This document shows positions 48,827-57,243 of a DNA stretch of 57,243 bases, piece after piece. The notes under the pieces are model-generated. The model was not told the DNA's origin. It did no database searches and saw nothing but the letters and a program-made list of their open reading frames with translations. The position numbers were made by a program, and so were the translations under genes. The stretch is taken from contig CAZSYD010000013.1 in the NCBI GenBank assembly GCA_964611355.1, positions 1 through 57,243 on the forward strand, in the 5' to 3' direction. Source of the stretch: an uncultured Ignavibacteriales bacterium (lineage in GTDB: Bacteria > Zixibacteria > MSB-5A5 > GN15 > JAAZOE01). Within the stretch, counting starts at the first letter, position 1; every line of letters starts with the position of its first letter.

Positions 48827-51608
48827 ATGAAACGTACAATAGCTTTACTTGCAACATTACTCCTTACTTTTGGGCTGACTTACGGCGCTCACGATTTCGC
48901 GATGGATCTCGGCGTTACAGTGAGTGGTACTATCTATGATCCCGGTAGTGTTCACGATACTATCTGGTCCGGCCAGGAAGCCACCTTTGATTTCTACTAC
49001 AAGAACGCGACGGTCGGCGAAGATACCCTGGGTGGCTATTCCACAGGTTTTAAAATCTGGAGTCCAGACGGCGCGACCTGGAAGTACGATACCGCCATCC
49101 TGAGAATTGACTGGATTTCGGGAACAATGCCTCCGGAATTCGACACTACTTATGCCATCATAACCACAGTTCCAGGTTCCCGTCAGGATCCGGTCGGTAG
49201 CGTNNNNNNNNNNCGTGTGGGATCAGAGCTTCGATTTAAGTATAGCCGATACTCTGACCAGCACTCCGTATGATACCCTCATGTGGGGTGGTACCCGTAA
49301 GAATCACGGCCTGTATCCGGGTGATCTCGAACGGCAGGTGATGATTCATATCCGCACGGGCGGTGTGTCCGGCACTGAGGTCAAGACGATCTGTATCGAC
49401 AGCGCAAAAGTCGGTATGGCCGGCGACTTCATCTTTATTGACATCGCCGGCGGTACTCATGTGCCGCTAACTCTCTGGCCCGACGGCGGTCGCTGCTATA
49501 AGGTGGCGATCACCCCGAACCTGCCGCCGGATATTACTGATCCGGCCTGCCCGTATGATGGTGGCAATATTGACCACTGCGTCGGCGTGGCTGAGGTAGT
49601 TCTCACGGCCGTTGACGCCGAAGAGGATACCCCGAAGTGGGCAATCCAAAGCCATAACGGCACCGGCAGCACCCCCGTTGTCGATCCGCTTACCGGCGGC
49701 ACGACAACCATGACCTATACTATGGGTACGGGCGACGTCGGTAACACCGTTACGGTAACGGTTGAGGTATATGACGACTACAATCCTCTCGGCACCGGTA
49801 ACACCTGTGATCTCAGCTTCAACTTCACCAATAATGTGCCTGTTCCCGACTGCGGTGTGTTCACCAACCCGATCGGTAAGGGCAAAGAGGTCGTGAAGTC
49901 CGATATCACTGCCACCGATCTGGATGCCTGTGACGGCGCACCTTCGTGGTCTGTTGTTGCCCCAAGTCCCGGTTACTTCGTTGGCAGTGTCTATCACTGG
50001 CAGACTGCCGAGGGTGACACTCTCGGTTCTCCGCACCCGGTGACGGTTGAAGTTACCGACGGACATGCCACCGCTCAGTGTGACTTCGAGGTTGACGTTC
50101 TGGCTGTTGAGCCGTTCGAAGTCGTTATCGAAGTTGAGGACGGTAGCGGAGCCAAGGCTCCCGGAGACGGTGTTCTCCAGGGTCACTTCGCTGATGTCGA
50201 CATTATCCTGAACAAGGGTACTCTGACGATGGCCGGTTTCGACTTCCTGATTTCGTACGACGCCACGGCTTTGAACTTCATCGAGGCCAAAAAGGGTGAT
50301 CTGCTGACTGCCTGCGAATGGGAGTACTTCACCTTCCGTTATGGTCCGTTCGGCAACTGCGGTAACGGCTGCCCGTCCGGCATGCTTCGTATCGTTGCCA
50401 TGGCGGAGCAGAACGATGGTCCGCATACGGCCCTTTGCTTCAGCCAGCCGGTTCCGGTTACTATGGCAACCATGACATTCCTGGTTACCAATGACCGGAC
50501 TTTCGAGTGCCAGTTTGTCGATATAAGATGGTTCTGGATGGATTGCGGTGACAACACCATCTCCTCGGAGACCGGTGACACGCTGTTCGTCGAGGATAAC
50601 GTCTTTGACAGGTTCGGCGTTCCCATGGTGCCGCCGGCAGGCTACGACCTGTTGCCGGGCATTTATGGTATTCCGAATGACTGCATAGTTGATCCCGGGA
50701 TTCCGGGTAAGTACCCGCCGGAGAGGTTTATCGACTTCTATCATGGCGGTATTCAGATCATCTGCGCCGACTCTATCGACGCGCGCGGTGATATCAACAT
50801 GAACGGCCTGAAGAATGAAATCGCCGACGCGGTCATGTTCACCAACTACTTCATCGAAGGCCTTTCCGCTTTCGGTGGTCATGTAGAAGGTTCGATCGCT
50901 GCTTCGGATGTGAACGCTGATGGTATCGCTCTCTCGGTGTCCGACCTGGTTTACCTGGTCAGAGTCATCATTGGCGATGCTATGGCATATCCGAAGGCGC
51001 TTCCGGGCAGCACTATGGATGTTGCCGCCCAGGTGGTTAACGGCGAGATAGTGGTCAATTACGACGCCGCTTACGATGCCGGCGCCGCGCTGTTGGTCTT
51101 TGATGTCAACGGTACGGTCGGTGTTCCGATTAGCGGTGTTGATATGGACGTCAAGTACAGCTTTGACGGTTCGGAACTCCGTGTCCTCGTTTATGACATC
51201 GGTTCCCGGGCTATCCCGGCTGGCAAGAATGTCCTGATGACCATTCCGGTCGAAGGCACAGCCAATCTGGTCAGTGCTGAGGTTGCCGACTACAACGGCT
51301 CTCCGATGGAGATTTCCACTCGGAACCTGCCGACCACTTTCGATCTGGTTCAGAATTATCCTAACCCGTTTAACCCGCTCACGACTATCGCCCTGAATCT
51401 GCCGGTCGCTTCCGACTGGACGATTTCGGTCTATAACGTGGCTGGTCAGCTGGTTAAGACCTATTCCGACTTCAGCGAAGCTGGTACTGTAGAAGTTGTG
51501 TGGGATGCCACCGATGCCCAAGGCGCTTCCGTAGCGTCCGGTATCTATTTCTACAAGGCGACGGCTAACCACTTCACTGCGACAAAGAAAATGTTGCTGA
51601 TGAAGTAA
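48827..51608 (+). CDS. Large secreted protein (about 922 aa): Ig/cadherin-like repeats, cohesin, dockerin, FlgD-Ig/T9SS-type C-terminal domain; split by a 10-N gap
   Basis: MKR signal peptide. Joining the duplicated CGT flanking the Ns gives in-frame ...GSVWDQS. Cohesin AGFDFLISYDATAL; dockerin RGDINMNG..EIADAV / SDVNADG..SVSDLV; CTD LVQNYPNPFNP...SGIYFY...KKMLLMK. Confidence 0.85.
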
Positions 51609-51625
51609 GCGTATTTATGTGTGGT

Positions 51626-51647
51626 AAGGGCCCTTATCGGGCCCTTT
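51626..51647 (+). terminator. Intrinsic terminator-like hairpin
   Basis: AAGGGCCC-TTATC-GGGCCCTTT, 17 nt after the stop codon. Confidence 0.7.
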
Positions 51648-52173
51648 CCACATTATCCGATTTGACAAACCGGAAGTCATTTACATTAACAGGAGGTTGG
51701 TATAGCAGAAGAGAGATAAAGCTAAATTTGGTTATAACCAAAGGATATGGAAAGATGCCCGAGAATAAGCGTAAGATAATACATTACAAAGGCTTGCGGG
51801 CGTTTTTTGGTTTTATGGCGACCCCGGCCATATTTACCGCCAACAAGAACCTGCAAGGCTTTGCAGATTCTCGTCAAAGCAAATCCCTTTACCCGCCGCA
51901 CAGATTTAATATAACAGAACTTCTAAGATTTACAGGCAGTCATTTGAGAGGTATTCAGGAGAGGAAAAGCTATCGACCTGTTTGACATAGTCTGTTGAGT
52001 TACAATGAGTTTTGCGTAGGTTGAAACCGGTCGCGAACAGCCACCGGTCGCCTGAAAATAACAGGTTTGTCGACGGGCAATGAAATAATCTGAAAGGCAG
52101 ATTCCGCCCGGATTGGTAGGTCTTTTGCTCATATGGTAATCGGATTATTATAGCTTTGGATTACGGATATAAG

Positions 52174-54570
52174 ATGAAGCGTTTTGCACTTATATTATCA
52201 CTGGTTCTTCTTCTCGCCGGCAGCCTTATGGCTCAAAGCGATCCTCATGGAGAGACCGATACCCTCTTTCTGGATCAGGTTACTGCCCGAATCGGTCGTG
52301 AATTTATCATCAACGTCAACCTGTGGAATGATGAATCCCTGGGGGGGGTAACCATTCCCCTGATTTACCCGGCCGAAAAGCTTGAATTTCTGGAACTAAG
52401 TTTTACCGGGGGGCGGGTCGAGTATATCGAATCCAGGAATGTTTCCGTTGACCCGGAAACCGGCAGGATACTGGTCGGGGTTGCTGTCTTCGACGAGGCG
52501 TATATACCGACGGGTGAAGGAAAACTATTCTCGATCAGGTTCCGGCTCATGGAAGGAGCTGTTCCGGGCGAGGTTATCGTTATAGATTCGACTTTTATCG
52601 AACCCGTGGCTGAAATTCTTTTATCCGATTCAAGCGCCGCTGATATTTATCCCGTTTTCCGGGCAGGCCGGGTCACGGTCTCGTCAGAGAATGAGCCGCC
52701 CTATTTTACGCCTGTCCCGGAGCTTTACGTGGCCGAAGGCGAGTCGCTGTATATCGAAATTGAAGTCATTGACCCGGATGGCGATAAGGTTGATATTGCC
52801 AATCCGATTCATCCGTACAATTCGGTATTTATCGATAACGGCGACGGCACCGCGCTGTTTGCCTGGCGGCCGGATTATATCGGCCCGCTATCATCCGATC
52901 TCAGCCCGTTCTCTTTTGTCTTCTGGGCTTCCGACGGCCAAGCTTCGAGTCATATACGGGTCAAAGTAAATGTGATTAATGTTAATCGGGCGCCTGAGAT
53001 CAGTGCTCCGGCATTTATACAGGCCGAAGCGGGCGATTCGCTTGGAATAATGATAGCGGCACTGGATCCCGATTTTGAACCGATTGAATGGGATATCTCC
53101 GGCCTGCCGCCCGGGGCAACCTTCGATTGGGAAAATCCCGGCTTTATAAACTGGGTTACCGATTTTGCCGATTCGGGCAATTACTGTATAACCCTTATCG
53201 CCGCCGATCCATATGGCTTGGCCGACACGGCTGAAATAGATATCGAGCTTCTGCCGGTTACTTTCTTCTCGCTGAGGATCGATACCGTCACCACCTTTTC
53301 CGGCAGGGTTATCGGTCTGGATGTCTTTCTTAAAAATAGGCTGGATATAAAGGAATTTAATATCCTGATCACTCTCGATCCTGCTATCCTGACCGCACTG
53401 GGAGTTTCCCGCGAAGGTTCCCGTGTCAGTCATTTTGACTATTTCAACTACGAGATAAACAGCAACGGCAATCAGGGTGATCTGCGTATAATCGGACGGG
53501 CCGGAGAGGCTGATCCTCTTGGTGAGGGAGAAGGTTTCCTCTTTCGTATAACTATCCAGGTTTCTTCTAATCTGATCTATGTGGGCAGCCAGGTTCCGGT
53601 ACGCTTCATTACTCGTGTCTTCGGCGACAATACCCTGACTATGACCGGCGGGCAGGTTGCCTTTGGCGAGGAGATTAATTTCTTCAACGGCCACGTTCTC
53701 ATCGCAACCCCGGGAATAACGCTTCTGGGTGATATAAACCTGAACGGTATCGCCTATGAAATCAGCGATGCGGTTTATTTTTCCAATTATTTTGTAAATC
53801 CCAGCCTGTATCCATTGAATGACCAGCAGGTAGTCAACTCCGATATCAACAGGGATGGGTTTGCGCCTTCGGTGGCTGACCTGGTTTTGCTGGTTAAGAT
53901 CGTCTCCGGCGGTGCGGAACCGCCGCCGGCCAAAAGACCGGTTGAGGGTTCAACCGTCCGAGTTGAACTGGTTCGGGATGAAACCGGACTTTATCTGCAA
54001 ACTGACGCTTCGGTCGATTTGGGAGGCGCCTGTTTCCAATTTTCCGGACCGGATATTGACCGGGCGGCTCTTACCAATCTGACTGATATGGATATGATTT
54101 CCAACGTCAGGGGCGCTGCCCTGCGTTGTCTGCTAATGAGTTATGAACAGAAAGTTATCTCTTCCGGAACAGTGTTGCTTTTTAAGCTTTCCGATGATCC
54201 TGACCTCAGGATAACCGTAAACGAGGCGGATATCGCCGATGCTGACGGGAGAGTTGTTGAAATATATAAAGCGGAAAGCCCGGTTCTTCCGAATGGCTTT
54301 ACGCTGTACCAGAATAGCCCGAATCCGTTCAACCCGACCACGCATATCCTGTTCGATTTGGGCGCTCCGTCTCAGGTAACGCTTTCGGTATATAATATCC
54401 TCGGTCAGGAAGTAATCCGTCTGGCTGACGGCGAATATCCGGCGGGGCGTAACTCGGTTGTCTGGCATGGAGTTGACGGTAATGGCCTGCCGGTGGCCTC
54501 GGGCATTTATTTATACCGGTTGAAAACCGACCGGCATTCGGACAGTCGCAAGATGTTGCTATTAAAATGA
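52174..54570 (+). CDS. Secreted protein: cohesin - two cadherin-like Ig domains - cohesin - dockerin - FlgD-Ig/T9SS-type CTD
   Basis: MKR signal peptide. Cohesin GEGKLFSIRF and GEGFLFRITI; cadherin-like NEPP..DPDGD / NRAP..DPD; dockerin LGDINLNG..EISDAV / SDINRDG..SVADLV; LYQNSPNPFNP...SGIYLYRL..RKMLLLK. Confidence 0.87.
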   Translation: MKRFALILSLVLLLAGSLMAQSDPHGETDTLFLDQVTARIGREFIINVNLWNDESLGGVTIPLIYPAEKLEFLELSFTGGRVEYIESRNVSVDPETGRILVGVAVFDEAYIPTGEGKLFSIRFRLMEGAVPGEVIVIDSTFIEPVAEILLSDSSAADIYPVFRAGRVTVSSENEPPYFTPVPELYVAEGESLYIEIEVIDPDGDKVDIANPIHPYNSVFIDNGDGTALFAWRPDYIGPLSSDLSPFSFVFWASDGQASSHIRVKVNVINVNRAPEISAPAFIQAEAGDSLGIMIAALDPDFEPIEWDISGLPPGATFDWENPGFINWVTDFADSGNYCITLIAADPYGLADTAEIDIELLPVTFFSLRIDTVTTFSGRVIGLDVFLKNRLDIKEFNILITLDPAILTALGVSREGSRVSHFDYFNYEINSNGNQGDLRIIGRAGEADPLGEGEGFLFRITIQVSSNLIYVGSQVPVRFITRVFGDNTLTMTGGQVAFGEEINFFNGHVLIATPGITLLGDINLNGIAYEISDAVYFSNYFVNPSLYPLNDQQVVNSDINRDGFAPSVADLVLLVKIVSGGAEPPPAKRPVEGSTVRVELVRDETGLYLQTDASVDLGGACFQFSGPDIDRAALTNLTDMDMISNVRGAALRCLLMSYEQKVISSGTVLLFKLSDDPDLRITVNEADIADADGRVVEIYKAESPVLPNGFTLYQNSPNPFNPTTHILFDLGAPSQVTLSVYNILGQEVIRLADGEYPAGRNSVVWHGVDGNGLPVASGIYLYRLKTDRHSDSRKMLLLK

Positions 54571-54610
54571 TCGCTGTGAAAAAAAAGGTTTGGAAGATAG
54601 AGGTAGCGCA

Positions 54611-56992
54611 ATGAAGCGTTTGGTGATTCCACTGACGTTAAGTCTATTGATAGCCCTGATGGCAGGTTCGGCCTCCGGGCAGGTGTTTATTGATACGGAT
54701 AAAATCGGTTTCAAGGATACGGTTCGAGCCCTTCCTGATAGTTTTGTCTGGATTCCCATTCATCTGACGACCGATTCGACGGTCAGCGGCATCAGTATGA
54801 ATTTTGCCTTCGATCATACCATTCTCCAGCCGGTGATAGGCAACGACGCGTTTGACCCGGAGACCCAGGATTCCGCGGATGTGGTCTGGTATATTAATGT
54901 CAGATTTACTGATGAAACTCGCGGCTATCTGGGGACCGAAAACACCGATGTTATTGTGGTCATGCCATATTACCTGGATAAGCGGGATACTTCGCGATTC
55001 CTGTTATATCCCTGGGGCGATATCCGAACCATACCCGGCGGCCTTGGTGAAGACTATTACGTTGCCGAAATGCAGTTTAAGGTTAACCCCAGTTCATCTC
55101 TCTTCGACGAATCGCCATTAAATGTTTTCAGGCAAGCCGCGGAATACCAGATGACGGAGCTCGCTGAGGAATGGTATGTGCCCGACGGCGATACCCTCAC
55201 TACTGATACAATTACAAAGGCGGTCTGGCCGTCGATGCTGAGTTCCACCTTTGTGGTCGATACGGCTGATACGGGTCCCGGGCCAAGCCCTGATGAAAAT
55301 GATCTGCCGGTGGTAGCGACGATATCGCCGAATGTCTATAACATTAAGCAGGGAGAACTGGTTAGTTTCTCCGTAACCGCAACCGATGCGGAGTTGGGTG
55401 AACTGCGCCTTTGGGCCAACCAGTCTTCAGGACTGCCGCCCAACGCCGCTCTGGCCCCAAGCAACCCGGTTATTGGCGCCAGCGGGGTGGCCACCGGGAC
55501 ATTTTCTTTCAAACCTGACGTAACCCAGGAGGGGAATTTTGTCTTCACTTTCAGTGCTGTCGATGATTCGGGGGCGGTATCGTCCCCAAATCAGATAGTC
55601 ACGGTAATGGTCGAGGCGCTTGAATTCGATGTTCTCTTTACTACCTCGGCCGAGGATATGTCGCCTGAAGGAGGTATTCCGGGGCTCGATGAGGTTATGG
55701 TGCCTATCAATATCGTAACCAAAAAAGAGATCTATGGTATCCAGTTTGATATGAATTATGACGCCGATAATTTCGAACTTGATTCGATTGTCAAAAGCGA
55801 CCGGATACCTGACTGGGTGACCTACGAAAATATCGGCGTTAATCCCGGCGAGGTGCGGATCATGACCTTTGGGCTGGCCAACGATCCTATGGTGGCCGGC
55901 AGTACCTCGGCGGTATTATATCTCGCTTTTACCGTGGATGAATTCGCGGAAGCCGGGTGTTATCCGATGGCGCTTTTTAATGCCCTGGAATCTATAGATC
56001 CCGATCCGGCCATACCGTCGCTGGAACTTCAATCCGAATCGGGTATCCTCTGCGTCGATATCCTGGGCGATGTCAACCTCAACGGACAGGTCGAGGTCGA
56101 TGACGCGGTCGGCGTGGTTGGATATATCATCGGTAATTTCGGGCTGTCGCGGCGACGTTTCGCCATTGCCGATATCGTGGTCAACGATACGGTCAACGTT
56201 ATCGATCTGGTAGGAATAATAAACACGATCTTTGGCCTGCCGGTATCGCCAAAGCCGGCGACAACGCCGGATATCCTGGACGAATTTGCCACCCTGAGAA
56301 TTGTGCATGACGAAATCCCCGGCGCCGGAATCAATTCTGAAATGAAGATTCTGGCCGACCTGCCGACGGAAGCGGCCGGAGTAGAGCTTGATATCTATTA
56401 CAATACCAACACCGTCGATATGCTGGAACCTCGACTGGCCGACGGAAGCGAGGGCTTTATCATCAGGCATAAGGATAACGGCGCCGGTTATCTGAAGGTG
56501 CTTCTTTTCAGTTGGAGCCCGTGGGATCCGGATAAGTTGATCGCCGAGGGGCTTTCGGAAATAGTTGAACTTCCGTTTGTATCAAAGGCGGGGATCAGAG
56601 CAGCTGACGGTGACCAGGTGAAAATTACCCGGGCGTTTATCTCTACCGGTGCAGCCAGGGCTATTGCGATCGAAGGTTTGGGACCGGGACCTCTGCCGGA
56701 CAAGTTTATACTGTATCAAAACCGTCCGAACCCGTTCAATCCGGTCACGACTATAGATTTCTATATAGACGGTCAATCCGCTTCCGGATACGAATTTGTT
56801 AAGCTGGAGATATTTAATATCCTTGGTCAGGCGGTTAAGACTTTAATTGATGAACCGCTTCCTCCGGGACTTCATTCGGTCGTCTGGGACGGCACCGACG
56901 ATAAAAACGTTAAGGTGGCTACCGGCGTTTATCTCTACCGGTTGAAATTCGATGATGCCAGTCAGACCAGGAAAATGGTGCTGCTGAAGTAG
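54611..56992 (+). CDS. Secreted protein: cohesin-like - cadherin-like - cohesin - dockerin - FlgD-Ig/T9SS-type CTD
   Basis: MKR signal peptide. NDLPV..TATDAE; cohesin IYGIQFDMNYD; dockerin LGDVNLNGQVEVDDAV / ADIVVNDTVNVIDLV; LYQNRPNPFNP...TGVYLYRL..RKMVLLK. Confidence 0.87.
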   Translation: MKRLVIPLTLSLLIALMAGSASGQVFIDTDKIGFKDTVRALPDSFVWIPIHLTTDSTVSGISMNFAFDHTILQPVIGNDAFDPETQDSADVVWYINVRFTDETRGYLGTENTDVIVVMPYYLDKRDTSRFLLYPWGDIRTIPGGLGEDYYVAEMQFKVNPSSSLFDESPLNVFRQAAEYQMTELAEEWYVPDGDTLTTDTITKAVWPSMLSSTFVVDTADTGPGPSPDENDLPVVATISPNVYNIKQGELVSFSVTATDAELGELRLWANQSSGLPPNAALAPSNPVIGASGVATGTFSFKPDVTQEGNFVFTFSAVDDSGAVSSPNQIVTVMVEALEFDVLFTTSAEDMSPEGGIPGLDEVMVPINIVTKKEIYGIQFDMNYDADNFELDSIVKSDRIPDWVTYENIGVNPGEVRIMTFGLANDPMVAGSTSAVLYLAFTVDEFAEAGCYPMALFNALESIDPDPAIPSLELQSESGILCVDILGDVNLNGQVEVDDAVGVVGYIIGNFGLSRRRFAIADIVVNDTVNVIDLVGIINTIFGLPVSPKPATTPDILDEFATLRIVHDEIPGAGINSEMKILADLPTEAAGVELDIYYNTNTVDMLEPRLADGSEGFIIRHKDNGAGYLKVLLFSWSPWDPDKLIAEGLSEIVELPFVSKAGIRAADGDQVKITRAFISTGAARAIAIEGLGPGPLPDKFILYQNRPNPFNPVTTIDFYIDGQSASGYEFVKLEIFNILGQAVKTLIDEPLPPGLHSVVWDGTDDKNVKVATGVYLYRLKFDDASQTRKMVLLK

Positions 56993-57014
56993 TTGTTGTG
57001 AGAAGGATTTGACG

Positions 57015-57243
57015 ATGAATGTCATAAGAATAGCAGTTGCGATTATTGCTTTCGCCTTTATGGCCGGTACCGCTATGGCGCAGTCGGCCCCGGTGGTATC
57101 CGATATTCCCAATCAGACAATAGATGAAGGTTCGACTTTTACGGCCATAAGTCTTGACGATTACGTTGACGACGCTGACAACGCCGATAATGAGATGACC
57201 TGGACATACAGCGGGAACGTTGAGCTGACGGTTGATATAGATG
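57015..57243 (+). CDS. Secreted cadherin-like/Ig repeat protein, 5' part only (runs off the window)
   Basis: Translated by hand: MNVIRIAVAIIAFAFMAGTAMAQSAPVVSDIPNQTIDEGSTFTAISLDDYVDDADNADNEMTWTYSGN...; signal peptide followed by a cadherin-like repeat start. Confidence 0.8.
   Translation, partial: MNVIRIAVAIIAFAFMAGTAMAQSAPVVSDIPNQTIDEGSTFTAISLDDYVDDADNADNEMTWTYSGNVELTVDID

Noticed and set aside
49467..51572. 701-aa antisense ORF
   Set aside because: In register with the sense gene and explained by avoidance of TTA/CTA/TCA codons; no protein-like motifs.
51648..52173. Possible promoters or riboswitch in the 525-nt intergenic region
   Set aside because: The TTGACA hexamers (51662, 51982) have 13-14 nt spacers to the nearest -10-like boxes, and no c-di-GMP or other riboswitch consensus was recognised.
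1..57243. CRISPR arrays, tRNA/rRNA genes, transposases, integrases
   Set aside because: No repeat-spacer periodicity, RNA gene signature or recombinase motif seen by eye; a tRNAscan/Infernal run would be needed to exclude them fully.

Overview
Chromosomal region (about 50% GC, apparently a metagenome-assembled scaffold with three N gaps) from a diderm, LPS-producing bacterium. The many dockerin/cohesin/FlgD-type C-terminal domain proteins suggest the FCB group, most like candidate phylum Zixibacteria (inference). The left part is origin-proximal housekeeping: rpmH-rnpA-yidD-yidC-mnmE-mnmG-rsmG-parA-parB-M23 peptidase-bactofilin, with two parS sites and a DnaA-box cluster but no dnaA, then MoxR/DUF58, an SDR and an AT-rich orphan PIN toxin. 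The middle holds kdsA-C-D-lpxL, an RHH/Cys-rich regulator with a znuACB-like ABC transporter, an exosortase, HEAT/HD-GYP genes, a TonB receptor plus Na+/solute symporter under tandem TPP riboswitches, an ECF sigma/anti-sigma pair with a switch-like leader, and a selenocysteine-containing SelD. The right part is the most unusual. Two paralogous GT-C-like membrane proteins with TPR tails and a Wzx-type flippase lie directly upstream of at least five secreted, non-catalytic proteins, four of which carry both cohesin and dockerin modules; the first is very rich in D-S/T glycosylation-type sequons. This is a candidate glycosylated, self-assembling cohesin-dockerin surface scaffold. No tRNA, rRNA, CRISPR array or transposase was recognised.
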